Notes under the pieces: generated by a model
Seen by the model: only the letters and a program-made list of their open reading frames with translations
Told to the model about the DNA's origin: nothing
The model's database searches: none
NCBI GenBank assembly: GCA_016748015.1
Contig: JAAOMT010000480.1
Coordinates: 558,001 to 622,000, forward strand
Direction: 5' to 3'
Source: Geosiphon pyriformis uo1
Taxonomy: Eukaryota; Fungi; Glomeromycota
DNA length: 64,000 nt
Shown: positions 1 through 11,950 of the stretch, one piece after another
Numbering within the stretch: position 1 is the first letter of the stretch
How the letters are laid out: each line of letters starts with the position of its first letter
Program-made: the position numbers and the translations under genes

Positions 1-3000
1 TCAAGCTTCCTATTTCAGTCTTATGGAAGACCAGAGTTTTGATAAATCTACACCTGTGGAAGGGGGGAATATAGAACAAATCTCCCAACCTTCCAAGCAA
101 ACAAAAAGCAATATCCTACCAGCTACTATTATTGAAGACACCATTCTAGCTGCCATATTTCCTTTTGACATCAATAATTTAAACACCCATAACCTTTTTA
201 GTAGAGCAGCTATCAATCAGGATAAACCAATAACAACCCTATACACTGATGCCAGAGTCAGAGGAATAGACATTAAATTAATCCTGGATAGTGGATCAGC
301 CAGTAGCATAATTACGAAGCAGCTTATGGACTAACTAGGTTGCCGAGTAGACCATGCCACTACTGCTCGGATCATTACAGTGGATAGAAACACAAAAACC
401 CCAATAGGAAAAATTGACAACTTCCCCTTCGAAATTAATAAAATCCAAATTCCTACCAAAGTACTCGTCATGGAAGCTACTCAATATTAAGCTTTAGTAG
501 GAAACAATTGGTTGTCAAAAGCCAATGCTATTTTTGACTGGAACACCCAAGAACTTCAATTCATGTTCAACAAACAGCATGCCCAAGTCCCAGCTACGTG
601 CGGACACTTTAAAACCCAACATACCAAGGAACCTCTTATTGAATTTGAAGACACATTAATGCCACCAACCATCAAGACCTATCAGGTTTTATGGGCAGAT
701 GATTATTGAACTGAACTACTCCCACCACCAACCTGGAAAGAAAAAGGAAAAGGCAGAGCCAAAAAAAACCCCCAATCGTTATCACTAGAATATGTAACCT
801 TGAACCAAAGAAACTTATTTTACCAACTTCTAAGACTAATATGTGTTAATTGTGGGAAAAAACTATCCACTATGGGTGCATGTATTGGGAACAATGAAAA
901 ATGGCCCACCACTACCAAATACTATTGCAGATCTTGTTTACTGGAAAGATTTGGATGACCAAAATGACAAGGCAAGTGGGACAACATGCCGTGCCTCGCA
1001 TGTGGCAAAATTCTGCCAGATGAAGGACTTAGAATAATGTGTCTAGCAGAGAAGAAACATGCAACAAGGCTTGTCAATACATCATATTAATCAATGATTG
1101 GGTATGAAAGGGAACTCCCATCGAGGATGCTTGGAAATGAACACTCAACAGACTGGACGGTTATTCACATGATGACCACAAAATCTGGAGAATGGCAAGC
1201 GCCAAGACCGAAGGCCCCACGCCCGAAGAAATACGAGAAATCAAGAACAACTCTTAGATGCCCAAATATAATGGACCTGACTATTCCGAGGATGATTTCT
1301 TCACAGATGACCGAGATGCATTTCAGAACCAATATCAGGAATTGGCCCCAACTCACGAAAAACAGAAACAAAAGTTGGCCAATTTAAATACCAAACTGTG
1401 TGATTACTGTTTGATCCCCTGTCACTTCCAGTACTGCGATGAATGTGATCTCATGTTCAATCTGCTTCCAAGAATACTGTTTCCAATCACTGAACTACCT
1501 GAGCCTAAAGAAAAGGTATTGATTACTGAGGACATGTTGTTTCAAGATCCAACTGAAAATACCAAAACAGAACAGTATCTCGTGTATCCTGACCTATTCA
1601 AAGAACTAGAGCTAAAATGGTACAGTGACAATAAAGAAGAAATCTGCTCCAAAAGAGTGCATGACACCAATGCTGGTTTTGACTTACAATACTCTGGACA
1701 ATCACCCATCATTATAGTCCCACATTCCTTCGTAAAAATAGATCTTAAGATAGCATTAGAAATTCTTGTTAGTACAATGGTACAAGTTGCCTCTTGATCT
1801 AGTCTAGCCAAGAAAGGAATCAACATAAAAAAAGGAATCATCGATGCCAGTTACATGGGAAACATCATCATGATGCTACAAAACAATTTAGACAGACCCT
1901 ACAAAATAGAATCACAAAAAAGATTGCCCAAGCTATCTTCCTACCCCTAGTCAAAATACCCCAATTAATCCTGGTAACAACCCAAGAAGAGTTAGGCCTC
2001 ACTGCCCAAGGAATCAATGGGTTTGGATTAAGTAGAAGAGAAAATGTACCAGTTAATTTTATGGAGAAAGACAGTGACCAAGTAGAATTTATCAACACCG
2101 ACACCATCATCTCTATTCCCCCATACTGACAATACATCCTTAAGGTGAATCAAAAGATCCAAGATCAAGCTCTGTTATTCGAAGCCAGTCCCAAAATCTG
2201 TTCCCTAGCCAATGTTGCTAATCTATACCTACTGGTCAAAGCCCATAAACACTTCAAAATCTCCATCCACAACCTGACAGAAGATGTCATTGAAATCCCT
2301 GAAGGGACCCTCATTGGTTCCATATCCGCAGATATTCAGAATCCTGAAAAACCCCAGTTCATTCCAAATTTCACACAATTATTCTTATTCTGTGACATTA
2401 CCTTACAAGTATGGAATTTGCCAAAAGAAAGTTACTTGTTTACACCAAAAGAGATCAATAAATTGAATTTAGGAAATTTAAGTACCCTGCAACAAATGCA
2501 ACTCAAAGTCCTTCTGAATCAGTATGCTGATGTCTTTGCCAGCAAAAATGAGTTCGGACGCACCAACATCGTTAAGCATCAGATTGATACGGGAGATGCT
2601 CGACCAATTAAACAACAAGCTTACTGCATACTCCCATTTAGTGATAACCTAATTAAGCAAGAAGTACAATAGATACTTGATAATGGTCTAATCAAAAAAT
2701 TGTTAAGTCCTTGGTTCTCTCCAGTAGTCTTGGTTACCAAGAAAAACAGAAAAGTGCAATTCTGTATAGATTATCAAAAACTAAATAGTGTCACATGAGG
2801 AGATAGTTATCCCACTCCTCTCATCCAGGAAATTTTGGACAATCTAGGGAAAAAGAAATGGTTCTTGTCATTAGATTTAGCAAGTGGTTACTGGCAAGTT
2901 AAAATGAATTCCAAAGACAAAAAAAAAACAGCATTTACCACTTGAGACAGAAACTTTGAGTTTAACGTAATGTCTTTTAGACTTTGTAATGCTCCTGTCA

Positions 3001-5241
3001 TGTTTCAATGTCTGATGGATGTAGTATACAAAGAAATTCTTTGGAAATCAATAGTGGTCTACCTAGATGACACAAATGTGTTTTCCGAAACATTCGATGA
3101 TCATTTGCTCCACTTGTAACAAGTCTTTGAATGCCTTCATAGTGCTGGATTAAAACTCAATCCCGAAAAGTACTTCTTTGGAAAAACTAAGTTAAAATTT
3201 CTAGGACATGTAATTGGCAAGGACGGAGTTAAACTCAATCCAGATAAAGTACAAAAAGTCAAGAATTTTCTAGCCCCAATCAACCTCAAAGAATTATGAA
3301 GATTTCTAGGATTGGCAGAATATTATCATTGATTTGTCAAAGGTTTCTCGAACATCACAAAACCACTCCATCAATTGTTGTCCAAATATGTACCGTACTT
3401 GTAAAAAGAAGATTAACAGAAAGCATTCGACTATCTCAAGCAGCAATTGATCACATCTCCAATCCTGATTTACCCAGATTTCACTAAACAGTTCATTGTT
3501 GCTACAGATGCCTCAAAAAATGCTCTAGAAGCAGTCTTATCACAGATAAAACCTGACAATAGAGAACACCCAGTTGCCTATGCTAGTTGCAGCACTAGCC
3601 CAGCAGAAAAAAATTACAGCACAACAGATCTGAAATGTCTTGCCATTTATTGGACTGTACAGACTTGGAAATATTACTTCAGTCAACCATTTAACTTATA
3701 TACCAACTACAAAGAACTTATTTGGTTACTCAACAATCCACAACTAGAAGGAAAATATGCAAGATGGAGTACTTATCTGCAACAATTCCCACTCAAAGTT
3801 TATTACAAGGAAGGATCCAAGAACACCAATGCCAACAGTTTGTCAAGGATGCCACAAACCTAATCCCAGACTCATGGACACACTCACTTATCAATGACTA
3901 CATCAGTACTTATCGACACTATGTTTCAAGGAAATATTATCTCAACAGAAACAGAATACCATATGAAAACAAGCCTGAAATTATTTTATTCAAGACAACC
4001 AACTATATTGATGAGAACGCCGAAACCACCCCAACCCACAACGACTAATCAAGAACAGTGAAAAAGAAATTATACTATATAGCATGCATTTAGATCTGAC
4101 TGCAGGACACTTTAACAAAGATTCTACCCTTGAAAAAATACTAAACTTATACTATTGACTAATGATATACAAAGACATTTTTGAATACGTGCTCAATTGT
4201 GATACATGCCAGCGAAGAGGAGGAGCAAGATCAACAAAACCACTTTGACCTATTCCAGTTGGAAATCCATTTGATAGAATTGGAATTGATTTGGTTGGAC
4301 CCTTTTTAATTACATCCCAAGGAAATTGCTATATTGCTGTAGCCGTAGACTATCTTACAAAATGGCCAGAAGCCAGAGCAATTCAAGTGGCCGATGCCAA
4401 AACAGTAGCCGAATTTGTGCATCAAGACCTAATTTGCTAACATGGATGTCTAAAAGAATTATTATCTGATCAGAGAACACATTTCGTTAATAATACACTG
4501 ACTGAACTAAGCCAACAGTTTGGAATAAAGAGATTCTTATCATCACCATATCACCCACAAACAAACGGACTGGTAGAACAATTTAACAAAACACTATGCA
4601 AAGCACTAACAAAAATAAATCATGAAAACAGACAAGAATGGGACTTATTCATATCTTCTGTACTCTTTGCATACTGAACATTGAAACAAAATACGACTCA
4701 GTTCACACCATTCGAGCTAGTCTATAGAAAAAAAGCTATATTACTGATTGAACAAGTGATACTGTCATACTCAACAAAAACAATCAATGAAGAGAATTTT
4801 GAAGCTATTTTACACCAAAGAACATACCAGCTAATAGAAATGTTGGAAAACAATTGAAGAACAGCAGCTGACAATATTAGTCATGCTCAAGAATGACAAA
4901 AAGAAAGACATGATAAACACCTATCAGAACAACCAATGGAATTCAAGATTGGAGACCAAGTACTGTTATATTGTACAAAAGCTGAGAAACAGTGGAGTGG
5001 AAAGTTTAACCCAAAGTGGGACAGTTCATTCCACATACACGAAGCATTAGGAAATGGAGCTTACAAATTACGATTAGAAAACAGAATTTTAAAGAAAGTA
5101 GTGCATGGAAATTGGTTAAAAATTTATCATGTAAAACAGGAATCATCGTTATCAGTACCTCAACTAGGAACACAAATTTCATTAATCAGACCAAAAGATA
5201 TATTACAAAATCTGGAACCAATCATCGTTATCGAAACATAG
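1..5241 (+). pseudogene. pol: Gypsy pol polyprotein (aspartic protease, Cys-rich insert, dUTPase, RT, RNase H, integrase)
   Basis: Protease LILDSGS (~281-300); RT SPWFSPVVLV, FCIDYQKLN, LDLASGYWQV, VYLDD (3057-3071), FLGH; RNase H VATDASK..AYAS..EKNYSTT..NTNANSLSR (3447-3863); integrase H..GH..CDTC (4087-4209), GIDLVGP, SDQRTHF, PYHPQTNGLVE; C-terminal FKIGDQVLL..KFNPKWDSSF (GPY/F-like). Confidence 0.93.
1640..2035 (+). pseudogene. dUTPase domain within Gypsy pol
   Basis: All five trimeric dUTPase motifs in order: AGFDL (1672), AS[R>stop]SSLAKKG, GIIDASYMGNI, KIAQAI (after a frameshift near 1910), GINGFG (2010-2027). Confidence 0.9.
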
Positions 5242-5563
5242 ACAATGGGCAGCAAATTAAATTGGAGAATTCAAATATATATAGCATCCGAAAAGCAGCA
5301 AGAAACAATAGAAATTTCAACATAGACCTTTCAGATCAAATTTTAAAATTATCTAAACAATTATTTGAAACAATTCAAAAATTGACATCTCAAATAAAAA
5401 TAACAATTGATAAAAAAGAGATATGGTACAAAGATAAAAGCAGGAAAGGAGAGGATGAGAGTTCAATTAGAACTAAACATTTTCTCCCCTACCCACCACC
5501 CGAAAGGCAATGTTAAAGGAAAAATTGCCTTCAGACAGAAGGTGGAAAAAAAGGAGACAAAGA

Positions 5564-6043
5564 ATGAAAAAAAGATACTTGGTCTCCGAGCTTGAAGAAA
5601 TAAAAGAAGCTTTAGCTCATGGGACCGAACTCCCCGAAACAGAAGAATAGACACCTAACAATGCCCAAGAATAGAAAGAAAAACTTCCTCTAGCTTATTG
5701 GTTCTACAAAATTGGAAAACAGCTTGACTTGAAAACACCATACGAAGACCTCAGTCAGAAAACGTTCAACAAAAAAGCAATACAACAAGTAGAAAAATTC
5801 ATAGGAAAAAACAACCTGACCCTATATTACAAAGCAGCATACTGACTATATGCCGTCTTCCAACATTGCCCAAATGTACTACTGAACGGATCTATGAAAA
5901 CCATAATGGTTAACAACATAGAACAAATAACCAATTAACAGTTTAAAGACCTACAAAAAGCAATACTCAAGGCAACAATCGAACATTACATAAATGAAGC
6001 CATGATAACAGATACATACAGTTTTGCAAGAGCTCAATTTTAA
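5564..6043 (+). pseudogene. Accessory ORF of the Gypsy element (env position), ~159 codons, unknown function
   Basis: Single frame MKKRYLVSELEEIKEALAHG..PLAYWFYKIGKQL..LYYKAAY*LYAVFQHCP..SFARAQF* with four internal stops explainable by single transitions (TGG>TAG, CGA>TGA, CAA>TAA); terminates exactly at the PPT. Confidence 0.65.
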
Positions 6044-6057
6044 AAAAAGAGGGATAA
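6042..6057 (+). other. Polypurine tract (PPT)
   Basis: AAAAAAAGAGGGATAA immediately before TGTTAC. Confidence 0.8.
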
Positions 6058-6629
6058 TGTTACTCGAGTAGAAAAACTGATTCAAAGTTATGAAGAAATG
6101 TGACCAAAACATGACATAACACAGAATAATGTGCAATAACATTGGATAATGCGTTATAACATAGAATAACATGTTATAACGCAGAATAACACAAAATAGC
6201 ATGCAATAACATAGGATAACATGTTATAACACAGAATAACACAGAATAACATATAATAATGTCAAATAATATGTTATAATATAGGATAACTAGCAATAAC
6301 ATAGAAAAACAAAGCAATAACAGAAACAACAAAGCAATAGCTAGTGATAGCGAGACAATTGAAAGCAATTCTGTAAAACCAAAAGAATGTATAAAAGCAA
6401 GTAGTTGTAGAAGTAAGAAAAGACAAACAGATAGGTATGAATTTCTAGACAAGAATTAAAATATCCATACCCCTTCATCTTTTATTATCTTTTCTCTTTT
6501 ATCTCCTGAAATTAACCAATTATTAAAGAAATCAGAATCATGAATTTATGTTCTCGAACTTCGTGGAATTTACATGAATTAACTCTTGTCTCATACCTCT
6601 GTTCTAAGACAGATGCTTTTAGCATAACC
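6058..6629 (+). repeat. 3' LTR (~570 bp)
   Basis: Starts TGTTAC after the PPT; TATAAAA at 6390-6396; ends near ..AGCATAACC, a degenerate version of the expected GTAACA inverted end. End point +/- 2 bp; partner LTR not in window. Confidence 0.65.
6111..6310 (+). repeat. 10-bp-period tandem array NNNNNATAAC (~20 units) in LTR U3
   Basis: atgacATAAC acagaATAAT gtgcaATAAC attggATAAT gcgttATAAC atagaATAAC atgttATAAC ... tagcaATAAC atagaAAAAC. Confidence 0.9.
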
Positions 6630-6668
6630 ACCTTAAATCTATTAATGATTTGGACCAATCGCTTTTGA

Positions 6669-6713
6669 TCACAGCAATTGATGATACTAATTTATTTTTT
6701 TTTTCTTTTTTTT

Positions 6714-6796
<83 letters not shown>

Positions 6797-6808
6797 TTTT
6801 TTGTGTTT

Positions 6809-6868
<60 letters not shown>

Positions 6869-7127
6869 TTTTCACCATTCATGATTCAAATTTTTTGATC
6901 CAAAATAAAAATTCACATACCTTTGAAAATTTTGTCAAATTGGTCCTCAAGACTTTTAAGAAAATGTTTGAACGTACAAGTCGCTCAAACAGCAACGCCA
7001 GCGGTAACCCTCCAAAAAAGATGGGCAAAAAAACGAGAAAAGCACAAAAAATTTTTTTTCGTGCACGTTCAAAGATGGTGTTTATAGTTGCCGACGTGAT
7101 AAATGTATGTGCAAATTCATCGTTCAT
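6669..7127 (-). CDS. Putative small single-pass membrane protein (exon 7127-6921; possible last exon 6686-6669)
   Basis: ATG 7127; hydrophobic KKIFCAFLVFLPIFFGGLPLALLF; phase-0 donor AAG|GTATGT at 6920; candidate 77-nt 5'UTR intron 7210-7134 (GTAAAC..TTCCAG). No recognisable homology. Confidence 0.3.
6695..6864. repeat. ~170-nt poly(T) tract with rare C/G interruptions
   Basis: Directly visible; true length may be affected by homopolymer sequencing error. Confidence 0.9.
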
Positions 7128-10100
7128 GTGAGCCTGGAAGGTCTCAATTTATTTATATGAATCAAAAGGTAAGAATGTTCAAAGAATAATCTTCAAAGAA
7201 AGATGTTTACCTTAAGAGTAAAGTTCTGAAATAATAATTCAAACATTTTTCTTTTCAATTAGGCTGTGCCTTTCAAAATTGTTTCTTATTATTTAATTTT
7301 TCAATAAAAGTAATTACTTTGAACTTTATACATTTGTAAATTCTTTCAAAATCGTTTTTTTTTTCTATTCTTCTTCTTCTTTACCAAAAATTTTCTTCTT
7401 TTTTTTTATTTTAATCATTGTAAAATATTTTGTCATTCTACTTTGTTCACTGTTTCAAAAATTAAAAATTTTGTTTTAAAACAATTGTAATAAAATTAAT
7501 TTTAAAATCCTTTTATAATCCACCAAGATTTGTAAAATAGCTTTTTTATATCCTTTAAAAAATCCGACTTGGATCAAAATTATCTAGACAAAATAGAGCC
7601 CTTAATTCTATCACTTCGAAAATCTTTTTTTATTTTACCTTTTAAATGACATTTTTTTTTAAAAAAAAATAACAAGACACAAGTCAAACCTCTTTAGAAT
7701 CATTTAATACCATTGTCTCCGATCCCCTCTAGTATTTACTACATTTCAGGTGGGAAAAATATTTCTGCGTCAAAAATCGTGGACGTGGGAATAATAAAAT
7801 TTCCCAACAATAAGTCCTGTTTCTTTGTAATGCAAACTAGCCCATCGTGGGTAAAATTTTTTTTACATGCAGATGGAATGAAATCCTATTACCAGCTTTT
7901 AGCTCAATAAAAAAAAAGGTCAATAGATAATGCATAAATCATGACAAAGATACTTATGATATTCTTAAAGATTATTGAAATGAAAAATGTAATTTAAAGA
8001 TATTTTTTAAATCTGGTTTTTCATAGGGGAATATAGATTTGAAATTGAATAGGTAAATTTTAATTTAATTCAAAATTGCTCCCTAAAAACTTTTTAATTC
8101 ATCAACTCTGTAAATTCAATCAAAAAATCTAATCTAAATGTAAAAAAAAAAAATTCATACGAGAAACAATCAATTCATTTACAATATTATTAATTAAAAA
8201 TTTTTAGTCACCTTTGAATCCAATAATGTACACCTCATTTGATTTTCCCGCCGATAAAGGTTTCAACTTTTGAATGGCAGCTCGAACAATAATGCACGCT
8301 TGATAATTTCCGCAGAAAATTTCATATGTTAATCACAAAAATTTAACACTCACAATGAATGAAATGCAGCATCAAAAGAGTCGTTGTATACTTTGAGATT
8401 AATCAAAAAAAAACTAGTTTAATTTCAGGATAATTTAGGCAGAGTTTTACCAATTCCCAAAAAACGACAAGTTTTACCGAAAACCAATTTTGGTTTATTG
8501 AAGAATTGAAAGAAGTTTAGATCCTTTTTATGATATTTGGAAATTTTATATTTGCCATATCGGTATATGGTATACCCATTAAGAATCATGCCTTTCTTTT
8601 TAAAAAATTTGAATGATAAAAAATGGATTATTTTTTTGATGATCAATTTTTGTTATTTTCCTTTTAATAGAATTTCTAAATATTTTCTATCAAAGAAAAA
8701 TCTATGTTTGACCACTTCTTTTGTTTATCAAAATGGTATTATGAACAATCATGAAAACAAAAGTTTATTCAATTACTATAATTGGTATGGACTGATTTAA
8801 AATATATAACACAAAGATGTTCTCAGAAAGTCAATGGTATTTTTTCACTAAAATTTTTATTATCGATTTAGGTTCAAAAGAGCAGCAATTGATCGGATCA
8901 GGAACTCTTTTTTAAGCTAAAAGGCATTGTGTAAATTAGCCGATTTTGCCTTCTTGATTAGAAGCCTTTTACACCTTTAAAATCATGTCTTTTTTGTCGA
9001 ACCAAGCGCATCGATATCAAACTGCTGCAAGTATCTTCTACGTTTGGACACATTTGAAAAGTTATTGTAATTTTGGATTTCAACGTTCCTTTGTGCTCAT
9101 ATTTTGTAATATCGAAAGCTTCTAAGCTATCTTTTCTTTCATTTTTAAAAAATCCCCTATGCACCAAATTTACAACAAGTCTAAAAACCAATGACAATTA
9201 TCCTAAATAGCAATCAGCCACACTCCTTACGTATGATCTTCCGAATACATTCTCTCTTAAAAAAATCCAATTTTAGGTCCCAAAAGAAAGTTCCAAATAG
9301 AAATGATCTGTTTAACTAAACTACTCGAGAATTAATGCGCACCAAAAAAGGATTTTAATCAAGTTTAGCCAACTTTATGATTGATTTAAAGGTTTAAGGA
9401 GCATTCAAAAGTAAATTCATTCATTAAATCTTTTAGCTTTCCTTAAAAGTATGCATTGTGTTAAAAAGGGTTTCAACGAATTAAAGGATAAAGAATATTG
9501 ATTGCTTTCCTTTTTTTTTTTCCTATATCCTTTGACGTTTTAGAAATAGTGAGACAAGGAACTTTTGAATTTACTAAATCCTATTTTATTTTTTAGCATA
9601 AACAAATATTCATGAAACTTCTTAAAGGATCAAACGAAAAAGTTTTGTGGAATTTAAAAAGTTCAAAAAGCTCAATTAACTACCAAAATGATTATTTAGA
9701 TTGGGCTAATAACTAATCTAAAACACCAAATTTGAAGGGAACACCCTTATTTCACATACATATCAAGTATCTACCACAGATTAAAATGCACAAATCATTA
9801 ATATTAAATCATTTCTTTAATGTAAATATGCACATAATCATTTAATCTATAAATATTCTAGTAGCTACATTAAAATGGATTAAAGTTGTCTGTAAGACTT
9901 GGGGTTAAAACTGTCAAAATGACAGTTTATTAAAATGTTTTTGGCCTGTGATTACCTTTTTTGGACTAAAAAATATTAAAGTAAAATGTCTTTTTTCTAT
10001 ATATAAAAAAAAAAGTTGGGTTTCTCGCGAAAACCTGTTTTTTTTTTGGTGATATTGTGTTATTTTACATGATAAATGAGATGAAAAATCAAGTATAAAA

Positions 10101-11099
10101 ATGTGTTGGAGGTTAGAAAGTTTTTTTTTTGTTAAAGATTGATTTGATTGATGGTAATATAATAATTTTATTGTAAATGTATGTGTAAGCAATTCTCAAT
10201 TATAAATTTTCAAATGTGCATTTATTATGAAATCATCAAATGCCATGTAAGATTTTCAATAAAAAATCGATACATTTAAATTTTTTTTTTAGAATATTTT
10301 AACCTTGATAAAATTACTATATATATTTTCCTAAAATCATGATTTAATACATTTTGATTAAATCATTAAATGATTAAAAACATAATAAATTAAGATAATC
10401 AATAAAATAAAAGAGCGATTGTTTTTGGAATAAAAGATATTTTTGTTTGTTCTATTAAAATTTCTATGCAATTTCATGATAAATTTGACCAATATATATG
10501 ATAAATTTTTTAAATATATTTTTTGTTACAATAAATTTAAAACAATATTTAATCCATTCGGCGGTTATGCCATTTTTAAGAAAATTATTTAAAAATCTTT
10601 ACAAAAAAAAAAATTTTCAACCAATAAAAATTTTCATATCTCCCATATTGTTTAGGAAAAAATTTTTTAAAAAAAAGTAAATGTATTAAAATTAACAGTC
10701 TTGCTCATTAAATATTAGTATTCAAATCACTTCGATCTCATGTTAGACTTTTATCATTCTAAAGAAATTATCTTGTCTTACTTTGCTCTCAGGCTCCTAC
10801 AGTCTTATCGGTGTAAAGTTGAAAATCTTGAAAAGTATAACTAATAACTATTTAACGTAAAATGAGAAATTTTTCATACTTGCTCGAAATTATTTTCTTT
10901 CAAAAAGAACGTTTTTTCCGAGTATTTACGATATATATCTCAACCTCCCTTTTCGAGCGTTTTGCATAAATAGCAGTCTTAAAAGCCAAACAAGTTATGT
11001 CTTAACATGTGACTTGACCCAATAAAACTATTATGTTACCTAATTAATATTTGGGAAAGAATTATTAGTTATTAAAGATTTTCTGAATGGATGATTTTT

Positions 11100-11950
11100 A
11101 CTTTAATTCTTAGGGTTTCTGTCAAAATAAAAATGGTTTATGTTGCAGTTTTTATATAATTTTATTGGTGTGTGAAGTTGGTTATCAAAAAGAGATAACT
11201 GTTTTTTGTGATGCTTTAAAACCAAATTGGTTATTTTTTTGGCTATACTGCTTTTAAGATCAATAAAATAATTATTTAAATATATGGTCAAACTTGTTTT
11301 ATTCTTTGGTTTTCTGATTTCAATTAATATTAAAAATATATTATTGTTATTTATAAGTTTAAAAAATGTTCTTAATGTTATTAAAACTGATATTTTAAGA
11401 AAGAGTTATATTTAATAAAAAAACTTCACCTTTATAGATATCAAAATTTAGATTATTTGGTTTCTATTTACAAAGCTGTCTTTTTTAATTTCTTAAAGTC
11501 TGTTTTTAAGTTTCGAATTCTGTTCAAAATTCTTGTAGATTATTTTATTAGTTTAATTTCTTTTGCCAAAACAGCTACTTTTTTTTGTATTGTATTATTT
11601 TATTATTTTTAATATTATTGTTAATTCCAGGTTAGCTTTTTTGATATATTTAATCTTTGTGTTTTATTAGTTCTACCAAATTTTAAATTAACAGAAATAT
11701 TTTCATTCAGAATGAATTTTTAATTTTCAGTTATATTATTGTTATTATATGAAAAAGCTTTTCTGAAATTATTCTTAAACTTCAAAAATCTTTTAAACAT
11801 ATTAATAATTATTTTACCAAAATTCTTAATCTGATCTCTATAGTCAAAAATTTAAATGTCAAATTTTAAAACAAATGCTTTTTTAAAAATTATAATAAAA
11901 GGAATTAAGAAGTCAATGAAATTAATTATAAACTTAATTAAATCAAACAA
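11100..11950 (-). repeat. AT-eroded relic, dispersed copy of the unidentified coding repeat family
   Basis: 11221-11480 aligns by eye with 36490-36750, 38130-38400 and 52790-53050; minus-strand translation LFLKISVL..YLNNYFIDLKSSIAKKITNLVLK resembles QLFLKILIL..YLKNQFTGFKNNTTRKKITILVLN at ~38100-38330. Confidence 0.6.

Larger units (their letters stand above)
1..6629 (+). mobile_element. Ty3/Gypsy LTR retrotransposon, degenerate; 5' part (5' LTR, gag) lies outside the window
   Basis: Domain order PR-RT-RH-IN (Gypsy order) in fragmented ORFs 23-5241, followed by a polypurine tract and a TG-starting LTR; many premature stops. Confidence 0.95.

Noticed and set aside
1-5241. APOBEC-like strand-specific G>A editing of the Gypsy cDNA
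   Set aside because: C>T changes (CGA>TGA, CAA>TAA) are also frequent on the same strand, which fits post-integration deamination on both strands
6111-6310. CRISPR-like repeat/spacer array
   Set aside because: Units are only 10 bp, spacers recur, there are no cas genes, and the context is a eukaryotic LTR
6695-6864. Poly(A) tail of a minus-strand retrocopy or SINE
   Set aside because: No TSD or element body recognisable, and the adjacent sequence does not match the LINE 3' end
6619-6898. Poly-Lys / poly-Phe ORFs
   Set aside because: Translation artefacts of the poly(T) tract
8958-9197. 79-aa ORF, and similar short ORFs at 7713, 8537, 19544, 22067, 28545
   Set aside because: No motifs, often non-ATG starts, and lengths expected by chance
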